A stretch of 64,000 bases of DNA from an uncultured Sphingomonadaceae bacterium (GTDB lineage: Bacteria > Pseudomonadota > Alphaproteobacteria > Sphingomonadales > Sphingomonadaceae): the NCBI GenBank assembly GCA_947495985.1, contig CANMBD010000002.1, positions 544,975-608,974 of the forward strand, given 5' to 3'. Shown here piece after piece: positions 36,756 through 46,221 of the stretch (positions within the stretch are counted from its first letter, which is position 1; each line of letters begins with the position of its first letter). A program made the translations under genes and the position numbers. Under the pieces are notes generated by a model. That model was not told the origin of the DNA and made no database searches. It saw only the letters and a program-made list of their open reading frames with translations.

Positions 36756-36763
36756 TTAACCAT
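36756..36763 (+). promoter_or_regulatory. exact TTAACCAT 8-mer (CtrA half-site type)
   Basis: It lies within the 213-nt lptA-lptB spacer, 47 nt upstream of the lptB ATG. Confidence 0.35.
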
Positions 36764-36810
36764 TATACAATCTAATCAGGTTCAAACAGGACCTGAACCG
36801 AAGGACCAAA

Positions 36811-37605
36811 ATGAACGACGCGACCATTATTGAAACGCCAGCCGTGGCCGACACCGGTTCCGCAATGGCGAGCGACGCCATGGAACATGGCCTGGCCGTT
36901 GTGTCTATTGCCAAGAGCTATGACAAACGCTCGGTCCTGTCAGATGTGTCGCTTTCGGTAGGACGCGGCGAAGTTGTAGGCCTGCTTGGCCCTAATGGTG
37001 CGGGTAAGACGACCTGCTTCTATTCGGTCATGGGGCTGGTGCGCCCTGATGCGGGCCGGATCATGCTGGATGGCGAAGATATCACCCCGCTTCCCATGTA
37101 TCGCCGGGCCATATTGGGGTTGGGATATTTGCCTCAGGAAACATCGATTTTCCGGGGGATGACGGTGGAGCAGAATATTCTGGCCGTGCTGGAAATGGTC
37201 GAGAATGACAAAGCGGTTCGAGCAGAAGCTCTGGACCGGTTGCTCGACGAATTTGGCCTCACAAAATTGCGTAGCTCGCCCGCCATGGCTCTGTCTGGCG
37301 GTGAGCGCCGCCGGTGTGAAATTGCCCGCGCCTTGGCGGCTGACCCCTCCATCATTTTGTTGGATGAGCCATTTGCAGGCATTGACCCGATTTCGATTTC
37401 CGATATTCGCGATCTTGTGGTGCAATTGAAAAATCGCGGCATCGGCGTGTTGATCACCGATCACAATGTCCGTGAGACCCTCGATATCGTGGACCGGGCA
37501 TGTATCATCTATGATGGTCAGGTCCTGTTTGCGGGCAGCCCGGACGCGCTGGTCAAAGATGAAAATGTGCGGCGGCTGTACCTTGGCGAGGGCTTTGCGC
37601 TGTGA
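36811..37605 (+). CDS. lptB: LPS export ABC transporter ATP-binding protein LptB
   Basis: It has Walker A (GPNGAGKTT), the signature LSGGERRR and Walker B (ILLDEPFAG). It lies directly upstream of rpoN. Confidence 0.92.
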   Translation: MNDATIIETPAVADTGSAMASDAMEHGLAVVSIAKSYDKRSVLSDVSLSVGRGEVVGLLGPNGAGKTTCFYSVMGLVRPDAGRIMLDGEDITPLPMYRRAILGLGYLPQETSIFRGMTVEQNILAVLEMVENDKAVRAEALDRLLDEFGLTKLRSSPAMALSGGERRRCEIARALAADPSIILLDEPFAGIDPISISDIRDLVVQLKNRGIGVLITDHNVRETLDIVDRACIIYDGQVLFAGSPDALVKDENVRRLYLGEGFAL

Positions 37606-37624
37606 TTAGGACGAGGCCGATATA

Positions 37625-39148
37625 ATGGCATTGGGGCCGCGTCTTGATTTAAGGCAGAGCCAGTCACTGGTGATGACGCCGCAATTGCAGCAGGCGATCA
37701 AGCTGCTGGCATTATCCAATCTCGAGCTGGAAAATTATATTGCCGAAGAGATTGAGAAAAATCCTCTGCTGGACACCGGCGAGCTGAGCGCTGAAGCCAG
37801 AGGGGATGAAGGCGGCGACAGTGCAGCAGACCTCTCTCCGGAGCCCGGCACACAAGGCAGTGACGAGATATTGTCTTCTGGTCCCGCCGAAGCGGAATCG
37901 ACGCTCGACATGGCGGGAGATGCAGATCAGTTTTCAAACAACAGCCTCAGCGAAAGCGATGGCGCTCTGGACGGCGGTCTGGGATTAAATGGTCCCTCTT
38001 CATCGGGCAGCGGTGCCGTCGGCGGTGAGGCACCGGACTTTGAAAATATGCTGGTGGCCGAAACAACGCTGGCGGAGCATCTGATGGAGCAGGCAGGGGC
38101 GATATTGTCGGGCAAAGATTTGTTTATTGCCCAGCATCTTATCGACCAGATTGATGAATGTGGCTATCTGCAGGCCGATCTGCTGGAATTTGCGCACCGG
38201 CTGGGCGTGCAGCTGGATGATGTGAAGCGCATATTGGCCGAGGTCCAAAGCCTGGAGCCGGTCGGGGTTGGTGCCCGTGATCTGGCTGAATGCCTGGCGC
38301 TGCAGGCAAAGGAAGCGGATCGCTATGATCCGGCGATGGCGCGGCTGATAGACAATCTTGATCTGCTGGCCAAAGGGGCCTTGCCGCAACTCAAACGTAT
38401 GTGCGGCGTGGATGATGAAGATCTGATGGATATGATATCGGAAATCCGCGCCTATGATCCCAAGCCCGGTTGCAAAATTGGCGGCGGCGATGTGCAGGCG
38501 GTGGTTCCGGATATTTTCATCGCGGAACGCGGCGGCAAATGGCTGATCGAGGTCAATAGCGCGACGCTGCCCAAGGTGCTGGTGAATCGCACTTATTTCA
38601 CCGAGCTGAAAGACGGTGCGCAGGACAAGGCGTCCAAGGAATGGCTCAATGACTGTCTTGCCGATGCCAGCTGGCTGGTGAAAGCACTGGATCAGCGGCA
38701 GCGGACGATCATCAAGGTTGCCACCGAAATTGTGAAACAGCAGGAAAATTTCTTCCGCCAAGGGGTGGAGCATTTACGCCCTCTGACGCTGAAGAATGTT
38801 GCTGACAAAATCGAGATGCATGAATCGACGGTTAGCCGGGTGACGTCGAACAAATATCTCTCCTGTTCTCGCGGCACGTTTGAGCTTAAATATTTCTTCA
38901 CCAGCGGTATCCAGTCCTCAACCGGCGGCGAGGCGGCATCGGCGGAAGCGGTGAAGAGCCATATCAAAGCGCTGATCGACAATGAGGATCCGAAGAAAAT
39001 TCTCTCGGACGACAAGCTGGTCGCGCTGCTCAAAGAGAAGGGCTTTGATATCGCCCGGCGAACGGTCGCCAAATATCGCGAAGCGCTGGGGCTTGGCAGC
39101 TCGGTGCAACGCCGCCGTCAAAAAGCGCTTGAGGGCAAGGCAGCCTAG
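37625..39148 (+). CDS. rpoN: RNA polymerase sigma-54 factor
   Basis: The N-terminus is MTPQLQQAIKLLALSNLEL. The C-terminus has an HTH and the RpoN box ARRTVAKYRE. Confidence 0.95.
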   Translation: MALGPRLDLRQSQSLVMTPQLQQAIKLLALSNLELENYIAEEIEKNPLLDTGELSAEARGDEGGDSAADLSPEPGTQGSDEILSSGPAEAESTLDMAGDADQFSNNSLSESDGALDGGLGLNGPSSSGSGAVGGEAPDFENMLVAETTLAEHLMEQAGAILSGKDLFIAQHLIDQIDECGYLQADLLEFAHRLGVQLDDVKRILAEVQSLEPVGVGARDLAECLALQAKEADRYDPAMARLIDNLDLLAKGALPQLKRMCGVDDEDLMDMISEIRAYDPKPGCKIGGGDVQAVVPDIFIAERGGKWLIEVNSATLPKVLVNRTYFTELKDGAQDKASKEWLNDCLADASWLVKALDQRQRTIIKVATEIVKQQENFFRQGVEHLRPLTLKNVADKIEMHESTVSRVTSNKYLSCSRGTFELKYFFTSGIQSSTGGEAASAEAVKSHIKALIDNEDPKKILSDDKLVALLKEKGFDIARRTVAKYREALGLGSSVQRRRQKALEGKAA

Positions 39149-39687
39149 CCTGCCCCAATCTCCTTCCATAACACCACAAATTCCAGTTCCTGCGTTTTCG
39201 GCAGACCATAGCGCGGGTCATCAAGCGGGAAGGGGCGCCGCTCGCCGGTCTGGCTATATCCTCGCCGTTCATAATAGGCGATCAGATCGGCGCGCTGGAG
39301 GATGACGGTCATTTCTATCACCTGCGCCTGCCAGTTTTCGGCAACATAGTGTTCCGACGCGTCGAGCAATTTCTTGCCCAGTCCACCCGCTTGGCGGTCA
39401 GGGTCAACCGTCAGCAGGCCGAGATAGGCAACGCCCTTTTTGACGCGCATCAGTTGAACACAACCGGCAATGTCTTGACCATCCATGGCGAGCAAAATGA
39501 CTTGGTCTGTGTCCGCAATAATTTCCCGCAAAGCCTCCAAATCGGTTCTTTGACCGCCCAGCAAATCCGCTTCGTGGGTCCAACCGCGCTTGGCGCTGTC
39601 ACCGCGATAGGCACTTTCGACCAATCCGTGCAGGGCAGGGAGGTCTTGCGCCCTTGCTGCCCGCATATTCATGTCTTGCCCCGCCAC
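39145..39687 (-). CDS. GNAT family N-acetyltransferase
   Basis: The acetyl-CoA binding pattern is LLTVDPDRQAGGLGKKLL. It converges on and overlaps the rpoN stop by 4 nt. The start may instead be at 39672. Confidence 0.78.
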   Translation of the reverse strand: MAGQDMNMRAARAQDLPALHGLVESAYRGDSAKRGWTHEADLLGGQRTDLEALREIIADTDQVILLAMDGQDIAGCVQLMRVKKGVAYLGLLTVDPDRQAGGLGKKLLDASEHYVAENWQAQVIEMTVILQRADLIAYYERRGYSQTGERRPFPLDDPRYGLPKTQELEFVVLWKEIGAG

Positions 39688-39690
39688 TAT

Positions 39691-39903
39691 TTAGCTCCCG
39701 TCTGCTAGCCGCACGCCTTCGGCCTCGATCTGGTCATCACCGATCAGCAGCCCGGTGACGATGACCCGTTTTTCCACTTCATCAATTGGCGTGCGCAGCA
39801 GCTCTAGCCGATAGCGCCGTCCGTCATCGGATTGCAGAACAAATCCCGTGCCATCACGGACCAGCAGACCGGCATATTCGCTGTCATTCGCGCTTTCTTT
39901 CAT
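39691..39903 (-). CDS. small beta-rich protein, DUF5818-like
   Basis: From MKESAND the pattern is GLLVRDGTGFVLQSDDGRRYRLEL...KRVIVTG. Its start shares one nucleotide with the SDR stop codon (TGATG). Confidence 0.45.
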   Translation of the reverse strand: MKESANDSEYAGLLVRDGTGFVLQSDDGRRYRLELLRTPIDEVEKRVIVTGLLIGDDQIEAEGVRLADGS

Positions 39904-40874
39904 CAGACGTCTGCGAGCAATGCCTCGCTCAATTCCCACAACCGCTCGGCGGCATCATCGTCGCAAGCATGCGGCGCAACACAGGCAAAGGGTGGCGAAT
40001 TTTCGTCCATCAACTGGGCGACATCGCAATCCTCGCAATAGAGGCCATGCTTGTCGTTCAGCAGCGGTGACGTCGCGGCCCACAGGCTGGTGGTGCAACC
40101 TTGCGCCGGGGTCTTGAATCCGGTTTTCGCCAGTTCCGATGGTTCGCCATCTTTGTCGAGCCAGCCCAATTCGATCTGCTCCTCCACCGGCAAATGGCGC
40201 TGCAGCGGCGTGAAAATGCCGCCCGGATGCACCGAAAAGGCGCGTCCGCCAAAGCCTGTCATCCGCCGGCTAAGCGCATTGGCGAACAGGGCATTGGCGC
40301 TCTTGGACTGCGCATAAGATACCCATTTATTATAGTCGTTCTTTCCGAACTGAATATCGTCCCACAAAATGCCATTGCGTTTGTGCGCGATCGAAGACAG
40401 CGCGACGACGCGCGGCGCTTCCGCTTTTTCAAGCAACGGCATCAAGCCTTTGGTCAGGGCGAAATGGCCCATATGGTTGACGCCGAACTGGCTTTCCCAA
40501 CCCGGTCCAACGCGCTCTAACGGGCAGGCCATAATCCCCGCATTGTTGATTAACAGGTCCAACTGACTCAGACTGGCATTCATCGCATCGGCAAATTGAC
40601 GCACCGAAGCAATGTCCGACAAATCCATGGTTGCGGAAGAGACATCACCATCGACGCCCGACAGATTGTCCGCCGCCTTGGCCTCATCACGCACTGGCAC
40701 GATCACTTTCGCACCCTTGGCGGCTAGCGCCCTCGTGGTTTCCAGACCAATGCCGGAATAGCCGCCGGTGACAATTGCGATCTTGCCGGTCAGGTCAATG
40801 TCAGCCAGCACTTCATGCGGTTCGCTCTTCGCCGGAAAGCCGGAACCGAGGGGTTTTTGATCTGCTGCTGCCAT
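39903..40874 (-). CDS. SDR family oxidoreductase (retinol dehydrogenase-like)
   Basis: Motifs are VTGGYSGIGLET, NNAGIM and the catalytic YAQSKSA. Confidence 0.85.
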   Translation of the reverse strand: MAAADQKPLGSGFPAKSEPHEVLADIDLTGKIAIVTGGYSGIGLETTRALAAKGAKVIVPVRDEAKAADNLSGVDGDVSSATMDLSDIASVRQFADAMNASLSQLDLLINNAGIMACPLERVGPGWESQFGVNHMGHFALTKGLMPLLEKAEAPRVVALSSIAHKRNGILWDDIQFGKNDYNKWVSYAQSKSANALFANALSRRMTGFGGRAFSVHPGGIFTPLQRHLPVEEQIELGWLDKDGEPSELAKTGFKTPAQGCTTSLWAATSPLLNDKHGLYCEDCDVAQLMDENSPPFACVAPHACDDDAAERLWELSEALLADV

Positions 40875-40888
40875 TTGGAAAAATCCTT

Positions 40889-42013
40889 CTATTCGGGTTT
40901 ATGCCCCACTATCTCTGACACAGGCATATAATCATAGCCCAAATCTTCGGCCACCGCGCGATAGGTGACATGGCCGTTCCATACGTTCAGCCCCTCGGCG
41001 AGATGGATATCGTCGCGCAAGGCCGCTTCCCAACCTTTGTTGGCAATAGCGAGGGCATGGGGCAGGGTGACGTTGTTCAGCGCATAGGTGGATGTCCGCG
41101 ATACCGCGCCCGGCATATTGGCCACACAATAATGAACCACATCATCAACAACATAGGTCGGGTCCTGATGGGTCGTCGCTTTGGACGTTTCAAAACAGCC
41201 GCCTTGGTCAATCGCCACATCGGCCAGCACCGAACCGGGCCGCATGGTCGACAGCATATCGCGAGTCACCAGCTTGGGCGCTTCGGCGCCGGGGATCAGC
41301 ACCGCGCCGATGACCAGATCAGCATCGGCGACACATTCGGCCAGATTGGCTTTGTTGGAAAAACGCGTTTTCGCCCGCGCCTCAAAATAATTACCCAGTG
41401 TCTCCAGCACTTCAGGGTTACGATCAAGAATGGTGACATCCGCGCCGAGACCAGCGGCCATTTGCGCGGCATTGAAGCCGACAACACCGCCGCCGATGAC
41501 GGTAACTTTGCCTGGCGAAACGCCCGGTACACCGCCCAGCAAAATGCCGCGGCCGCCATGGGCTTTTTCCAAAGCCGTCGCGCCCGCCTGGATCGACATG
41601 CGCCCGGCGACCTGGCTCATTGGTTTGAGCAAGGGCAGACCGCCCGAACCGGTCACCGTTTCATAGGCAATGCAGGTCGCCTTTGACTTAACAAGGTCGG
41701 CGGTTTGTTCCGGATCGGGCGCGAGGTGAAGATAGGTGAACAAGATCTGCCCCTCGCGCAGCATCGCCCGTTCAGCAGCCTGCGGCTCCTTAACCTTCAC
41801 GACCATATCGCATTGCTCAAAAATATCGGAGGCCTTGGCAGCGATGGTTGCACCCGCCGTTTCATATTCGGAATCGTCTGCCCCGATACCTAGGCCAGCG
41901 CCAGTTTCGACCAGCACGTCATGACCATGAGCGGATAGTTCCCGCACCGATTCCGGCGTCAGTCCAACGCGATATTCATGGTTTTTCACTTCTTTCGGGG
42001 TACCGACACGCAT
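40889..42013 (-). CDS. ald: alanine dehydrogenase
   Basis: Motifs are [20 protein letters not shown] and [12 protein letters not shown]. The length is 374 aa. Confidence 0.92.
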   Translation of the reverse strand: MRVGTPKEVKNHEYRVGLTPESVRELSAHGHDVLVETGAGLGIGADDSEYETAGATIAAKASDIFEQCDMVVKVKEPQAAERAMLREGQILFTYLHLAPDPEQTADLVKSKATCIAYETVTGSGGLPLLKPMSQVAGRMSIQAGATALEKAHGGRGILLGGVPGVSPGKVTVIGGGVVGFNAAQMAAGLGADVTILDRNPEVLETLGNYFEARAKTRFSNKANLAECVADADLVIGAVLIPGAEAPKLVTRDMLSTMRPGSVLADVAIDQGGCFETSKATTHQDPTYVVDDVVHYCVANMPGAVSRTSTYALNNVTLPHALAIANKGWEAALRDDIHLAEGLNVWNGHVTYRAVAEDLGYDYMPVSEIVGHKPE

Positions 42014-42101
42014 GGGGAGGCTCCTGTTTTTGCCGAGTCTTATCCTCGTCCAATATCAGCAAAATGTGACATACGCGAGAGGCTTGCGTAATATAATTAC
42101 A

Positions 42102-43097
42102 TCATTCCGCAACTTTTCTTATCGGTACCGGTACCGTGCAAATATTGCCATAGCCGCCATGGGCTTCAATATATTGCAGCAGCGACGGACTATAGCTGGC
42201 AAGATATTCATAGCGCGGCTGTTGGGACACCGGCAACTCGCTCGCCAGCTGAATTGATGTGATCTTTATATGCTCGGATTTGTCGGCATAAAATCCGCCT
42301 GCCGCCGTGCCGAGTGGCAGGTTGGTGACATGTTCCAGCCCATCAATCACCCGCCCGACCAAGCCAAAAGTCATGTCGAGACTGCGCGCCGCCTCACCAG
42401 TGACGATGGATATTTCCGCACCGGTCCCGGCATCCGGCGGATCATAATGCGCGGGTGACAAGGCACCGCGGCAGGTCAGCGGAAAGGCCTTGCCATCTTT
42501 GGTACCAATCGGCCAGCCTGCGCCAAAGCCGACTTTGCTGCGATAGCTTTCATAAATCATCTTCATCAGCGGCCGGATATCCGTGCCCTGATATTGATTG
42601 CTGTAGGCGACAGCAGCATCGAGCGCAGCCATATCGGTATCGCGTTTGGCCCCCAGCGCCGCGTTGAAATAGTCGCTTTCCGGCACGGTTTCTAGATTCT
42701 TGGGGACCTGCTTGTTGTCAGGATTACCGCCAAATTGGGTCACGAAATCCTTGGCGACGCGATAGATTTTCGTCCCGTCCCACCAGCGCTGGGCAGCAAA
42801 TTTACGGACATTGCGGACATGCGCGCCGGACATTTCGGCCGGGATCAACTGGATGACTGTTTGCCGCTTATTGCCCTCGGCATCATCGGGCAGAGTGAAG
42901 ATCATCAGGTCACTGACCGGAATGGGCAGCCAATGATCGGCAGGCGCGGCGTTGAGAATCTCTTCCGGTGTGGGTTGAGGCTCGACGGTTTCTTCCTGCG
43001 CATGGGCAGGCGCGGCCATCAGCATCGATCCGGCCAGCAGCGTTACCACGAATTTTGTCCTGCAAAATGGAGGCATATCAACAGGTTCCTTTTTCAA
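42102..43097 (-). CDS. periplasmic cyclophilin-like peptidyl-prolyl isomerase family protein (divergent, with insertion)
   Basis: It has a signal peptide (APAHA|QE) and cyclophilin-core-like segments IYRVAKDFVTQFGG and FGLVGRVIDGLEHV. Confidence 0.6.
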   Translation of the reverse strand: MKKEPVDMPPFCRTKFVVTLLAGSMLMAAPAHAQEETVEPQPTPEEILNAAPADHWLPIPVSDLMIFTLPDDAEGNKRQTVIQLIPAEMSGAHVRNVRKFAAQRWWDGTKIYRVAKDFVTQFGGNPDNKQVPKNLETVPESDYFNAALGAKRDTDMAALDAAVAYSNQYQGTDIRPLMKMIYESYRSKVGFGAGWPIGTKDGKAFPLTCRGALSPAHYDPPDAGTGAEISIVTGEAARSLDMTFGLVGRVIDGLEHVTNLPLGTAAGGFYADKSEHIKITSIQLASELPVSQQPRYEYLASYSPSLLQYIEAHGGYGNICTVPVPIRKVAE

Positions 43098-43239
43098 AGT
43101 TCACACAAATCACACCCCGATCATTATCTGCTGACAGTAAGCAGCGCGAAGGGAGGGATGCAGAATTGGACATGGCCGGAAATTATCGTTTTCGCCGGTA
43201 GTAGGAAAGGCAAAATTCACACGTCTTTGCTGGCGCGGT

Positions 43240-44367
43240 TTAATCCGCCTTCACCCGCCGCACCGGCACCGGAATATTGCAGATATCGGCGCCACCGGCC
43301 GGTTTGATAAAAAACGGATCGCGGCGATTAGCGCGGGCATCGGCATATTTTGCGAAGGTCATGCTGGCGGTGTCGAGATATTGGAACCGGGGCTGCTCTG
43401 TATCGGGCAGGGTGGTGCCCAGCCGGATCGACTGGATCGGCAAGCGTTTCTTGGGATCGGCATAAAAGCCCAGCTGTCCCATGCCGCGCGGCAGGCTGGA
43501 GAGATGCTCGATGCCTTCGATAATCCGTCCGACCACCGCAATATTGCGATCCAGATGGCGTGGCGCATGGCCAATGACCGTGTAAAGCTCTGCGCCGGTG
43601 CCGGTGTCGGGAGACAGGTTGCGGCCTACGCCAACGGCCCCGTAGCAGTGGACTGGCCAGAATTTTGTATTGCCCGTTTCGTCGTCGCGTTTGCCGGCCA
43701 CGGGCCAGCCACTTGCGAAGGAGTTAATGTCAGAGTAGCGATCTGCCATTCGAGCCATGACAAAATTATTGACGTCTTGATCCGGGTCTCGGTCTTCTCC
43801 GAAGATATCCAAATGGCCGACATGGAGGCGTGCTATAGATATTGCAGTCTTGACAAAAGCGAGTTGTTGCTCGGTAGCATCCTCAAACCTTATTGGGCCT
43901 GGGTAATCGGGAAGCGTTTCAGTAACATACTCACTCTCCGGCACCTCAACCAAACCGTCCGGCAAAGCCTTCTGTTCCACCTCTCCCGATTCCGGATTGT
44001 CGTACCCTGCATCCCCCCATTGCACGACATAATTGTCCTGCACCCGATTGATGCTGGTACCGTCCCAGAATTTCGCTGCGGCCAGCTTGCGGATATTGCC
44101 GATCCAGCCTTGTGAGAAAGGTGGCGGCATCAATTGTATGACGACGCGGCGCGCTGCGCCTTTGGCATCGGGTGCCAGATCCATGACGAGCAAATCGCTG
44201 GCCGCAATAGACTTCCAGTCGCTCGCTGGGGCAGCATCAACTATCGCATTGGGGCTAGGAAATTCCTGTTTCGGCGGTTCCTGAGCATTGATCGCAGTAA
44301 TTGGAGACATGGCCAGAAGCGGGGCGAGGAGCGCGGCGAGCGGCGCAATCAGGATATTTTTCGTCAT
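43240..44367 (-). CDS. periplasmic cyclophilin-like peptidyl-prolyl isomerase family protein (paralogue of 42102-43097)
   Basis: It has a signal peptide (AINA|QE) and the segments INRVQDNYVVQWGD and VVGRIIEGIEHL. It shares C-terminal motifs with its neighbour (GFYAD, QPRFQYL, CNIPVPVRRV). Confidence 0.6.
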   Translation of the reverse strand: MTKNILIAPLAALLAPLLAMSPITAINAQEPPKQEFPSPNAIVDAAPASDWKSIAASDLLVMDLAPDAKGAARRVVIQLMPPPFSQGWIGNIRKLAAAKFWDGTSINRVQDNYVVQWGDAGYDNPESGEVEQKALPDGLVEVPESEYVTETLPDYPGPIRFEDATEQQLAFVKTAISIARLHVGHLDIFGEDRDPDQDVNNFVMARMADRYSDINSFASGWPVAGKRDDETGNTKFWPVHCYGAVGVGRNLSPDTGTGAELYTVIGHAPRHLDRNIAVVGRIIEGIEHLSSLPRGMGQLGFYADPKKRLPIQSIRLGTTLPDTEQPRFQYLDTASMTFAKYADARANRRDPFFIKPAGGADICNIPVPVRRVKAD

Positions 44368-44472
44368 GCCCCGACCCTAACCGCAAGCAATGACTTGCGA
44401 AAGAGCGATTCGCACACTAGGGGAAGCGGCGCTGCCAGAATTTCGACCAAATATGATTCTGAATAGCATTGC

Positions 44473-44560
44473 GGAGCCGTGGCAGAGTGGTCGATCGCGC
44501 ACGCTTGGAAAGCGTGTATAGGGCAACCTATCGAGGGTTCGAATCCCTCCGGCTCCGCCA
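44473..44560 (+). tRNA. tRNA-Ser (anticodon GGA)
   Basis: The acceptor stem pairs GGAGCCG with CGGCTCC. The anticodon loop is TTGGAAA, and there is a long variable arm, a GGTTCGAATCC T-arm and an encoded CCA. Confidence 0.92.
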
Positions 44561-44608
44561 TTTTTTCCTAAGCCAAATATCCGGTATGGGGGACCACCCT
44601 GGTCTCGC

Positions 44609-46126
44609 CTATCTCAGCACCGCATGATTGCGTTTGCCATCGGATGTGATCGTCACCTTCTCGCCAATCAGATCCCTGTCTTCCGGCGGATTGTCCAGCA
44701 GGCCGATGCAGGGCACGCCATTCGCATCCTGCAACCACAAGGTCGCGGCTCCGGCGACACCTTTTGCATAGGGTAGCGCATAGCTTTTGATCACACCGTC
44801 GCCTGATGCGAAATGATCGGGCTTTGTCCCTTCATCGGGCGGCAGGGCATTGGGCGTCGCGATCCGGTCGGGTGACCATCCGCCTGCCAGTGGCTGCGCC
44901 GCGTAAATGCCAACCGATTCCTTGTTGATTGCGCCGCCGTTGGCAGAGATCATGCCGGGCTTGCTGCCATCCTGGCGCAGCGCCTGCACCAGCGCGACAA
45001 TCGCATGCGTGCTGTAACTGTTGCCGGGGCCGCCAAAGAAACTCAGTCCGCCGGTCAGCGTATAGCTGGACAGCGGCCGATCCGGTTGGTTCAATGCTTC
45101 CATAACCAGAGATACCGCGACCGGGAAACAGCTGTAAATATCAATCGGACCGATATCGCTCGCCTGCCGCTCGGCAAGGTCGAGCGCCTTACTTACCGCC
45201 CAATCGACGGCAGGGGATCGCGACAGGTCCATTTGCTGGCTGATGATCGGAACACTCGCATCCGCGCCGCTGTGCAGGTAGATCATCTTGTCTTCGGATA
45301 TGCCGAGCTCTTCCGCATGACCTGCGGTGGTCATCACCACGGCCCCGCCCAGAGCAACCGCATCCTGCGCCACCATCCAGCGGCGATAGGGATCGTTGAG
45401 TTGATAGTTGCCGCCGCCATCCTGCAGCAATTCTTCCGCGCTCCAGTCTTTCGCAAATTGCGCATGCTCGCGGGTGGCGGCGACCGAGGAGAAAGCAGAC
45501 CATAGTTCTGCCATTTCCGCTGCATAACTTGCTCGGTCCATATTGAGGCGGCTGCGACACGCGTTCTCCAGCAGGCCATAGGCCATCGGCATGGAGATAA
45601 TCCCATGGCGGAATTCATACATGGTGAGGACGGGAAACTCGGTGCGCTTGTCGATATAGTCGCGATCCGAGGGCTGGCTCCAGTCCATCTCATGACCAGC
45701 TTTCCTGGCGCGCTTGACCGTTCCGATGGATTCTGCGCCGCATATCAGGGCCGCTTTGATCTTGCCCTCGTGCAGCTGGACGGCCAGTTCGTTAATATGC
45801 TTTTGTGGGCTTTGGCCACCTACGTCGCCGTAAATTAGCTGCGCCGGATTCAGGTCCGCGGCCTGCGCAATTGCGTCCGGGAAATTGTTCGGAGACCCAT
45901 AATCATGCCCAACGCCGCTGTCGTAGAACAGCCGGGTCGCGAGCAGACAATCAATCGATGCACCAAGCTTGTCCGCTGTGCCGCTGTCGGCAAGCGCAGC
46001 TTTTGCAGCGGCCGATGCCAGGTCCACCGGCGATGGCCATTCCAGCCCCAATGCCTGTTTCAGGGATTGCCCGCTGGCTTCCCCCACACCAATTAAAACA
46101 GGTGCTTGGCGATCCGAAATTGTCAT
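44609..46126 (-). CDS. thiolase-fold protein (annotated-type acetyl-CoA acetyltransferase-like), apparently non-canonical active site
   Basis: ORF of 505 aa. The overall pattern is thiolase-like (ALICGAESIG; TGGLSFFGGPGNS). I could not find the usual CxSG, GHP or CxGGG catalytic motifs at the expected places. Confidence 0.65.
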   Translation of the reverse strand: MTISDRQAPVLIGVGEASGQSLKQALGLEWPSPVDLASAAAKAALADSGTADKLGASIDCLLATRLFYDSGVGHDYGSPNNFPDAIAQAADLNPAQLIYGDVGGQSPQKHINELAVQLHEGKIKAALICGAESIGTVKRARKAGHEMDWSQPSDRDYIDKRTEFPVLTMYEFRHGIISMPMAYGLLENACRSRLNMDRASYAAEMAELWSAFSSVAATREHAQFAKDWSAEELLQDGGGNYQLNDPYRRWMVAQDAVALGGAVVMTTAGHAEELGISEDKMIYLHSGADASVPIISQQMDLSRSPAVDWAVSKALDLAERQASDIGPIDIYSCFPVAVSLVMEALNQPDRPLSSYTLTGGLSFFGGPGNSYSTHAIVALVQALRQDGSKPGMISANGGAINKESVGIYAAQPLAGGWSPDRIATPNALPPDEGTKPDHFASGDGVIKSYALPYAKGVAGAATLWLQDANGVPCIGLLDNPPEDRDLIGEKVTITSDGKRNHAVLR

Positions 46127-46221
46127 GCGCGAAAGTCCCTCAAAATAAACAGTTCATCGATCGATTAAAACTGATAACAGACACGCATATTCATGCACCT
46201 AATAATTTGAGGATAAGTTTG

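Noticed and set aside
39145-39903. A small ORF immediately upstream of a GNAT acetyltransferase, an arrangement reminiscent of TacA-TacT / AtaR-AtaT type II toxin-antitoxin pairs.
   Set aside because: The small protein looks beta-rich and DUF5818-like, not a ribbon-helix-helix/DUF1778 antitoxin. It is translationally coupled to the upstream SDR gene within an ald-SDR operon. The GNAT resembles ordinary housekeeping acetyltransferases. No mobile or accessory context is present.
45805-46221. A 139-codon 5-prime extension of the CoA-transferase ORF in the ORF track, overlapping the divergent thiolase-like gene.
   Set aside because: The extension translates to Arg/Pro/Gln-rich nonsense. The conserved CoA-transferase N-terminus (LKGLKILDMS...) begins just after the ATG at 46222, which is preceded by a GAGGA-like RBS.
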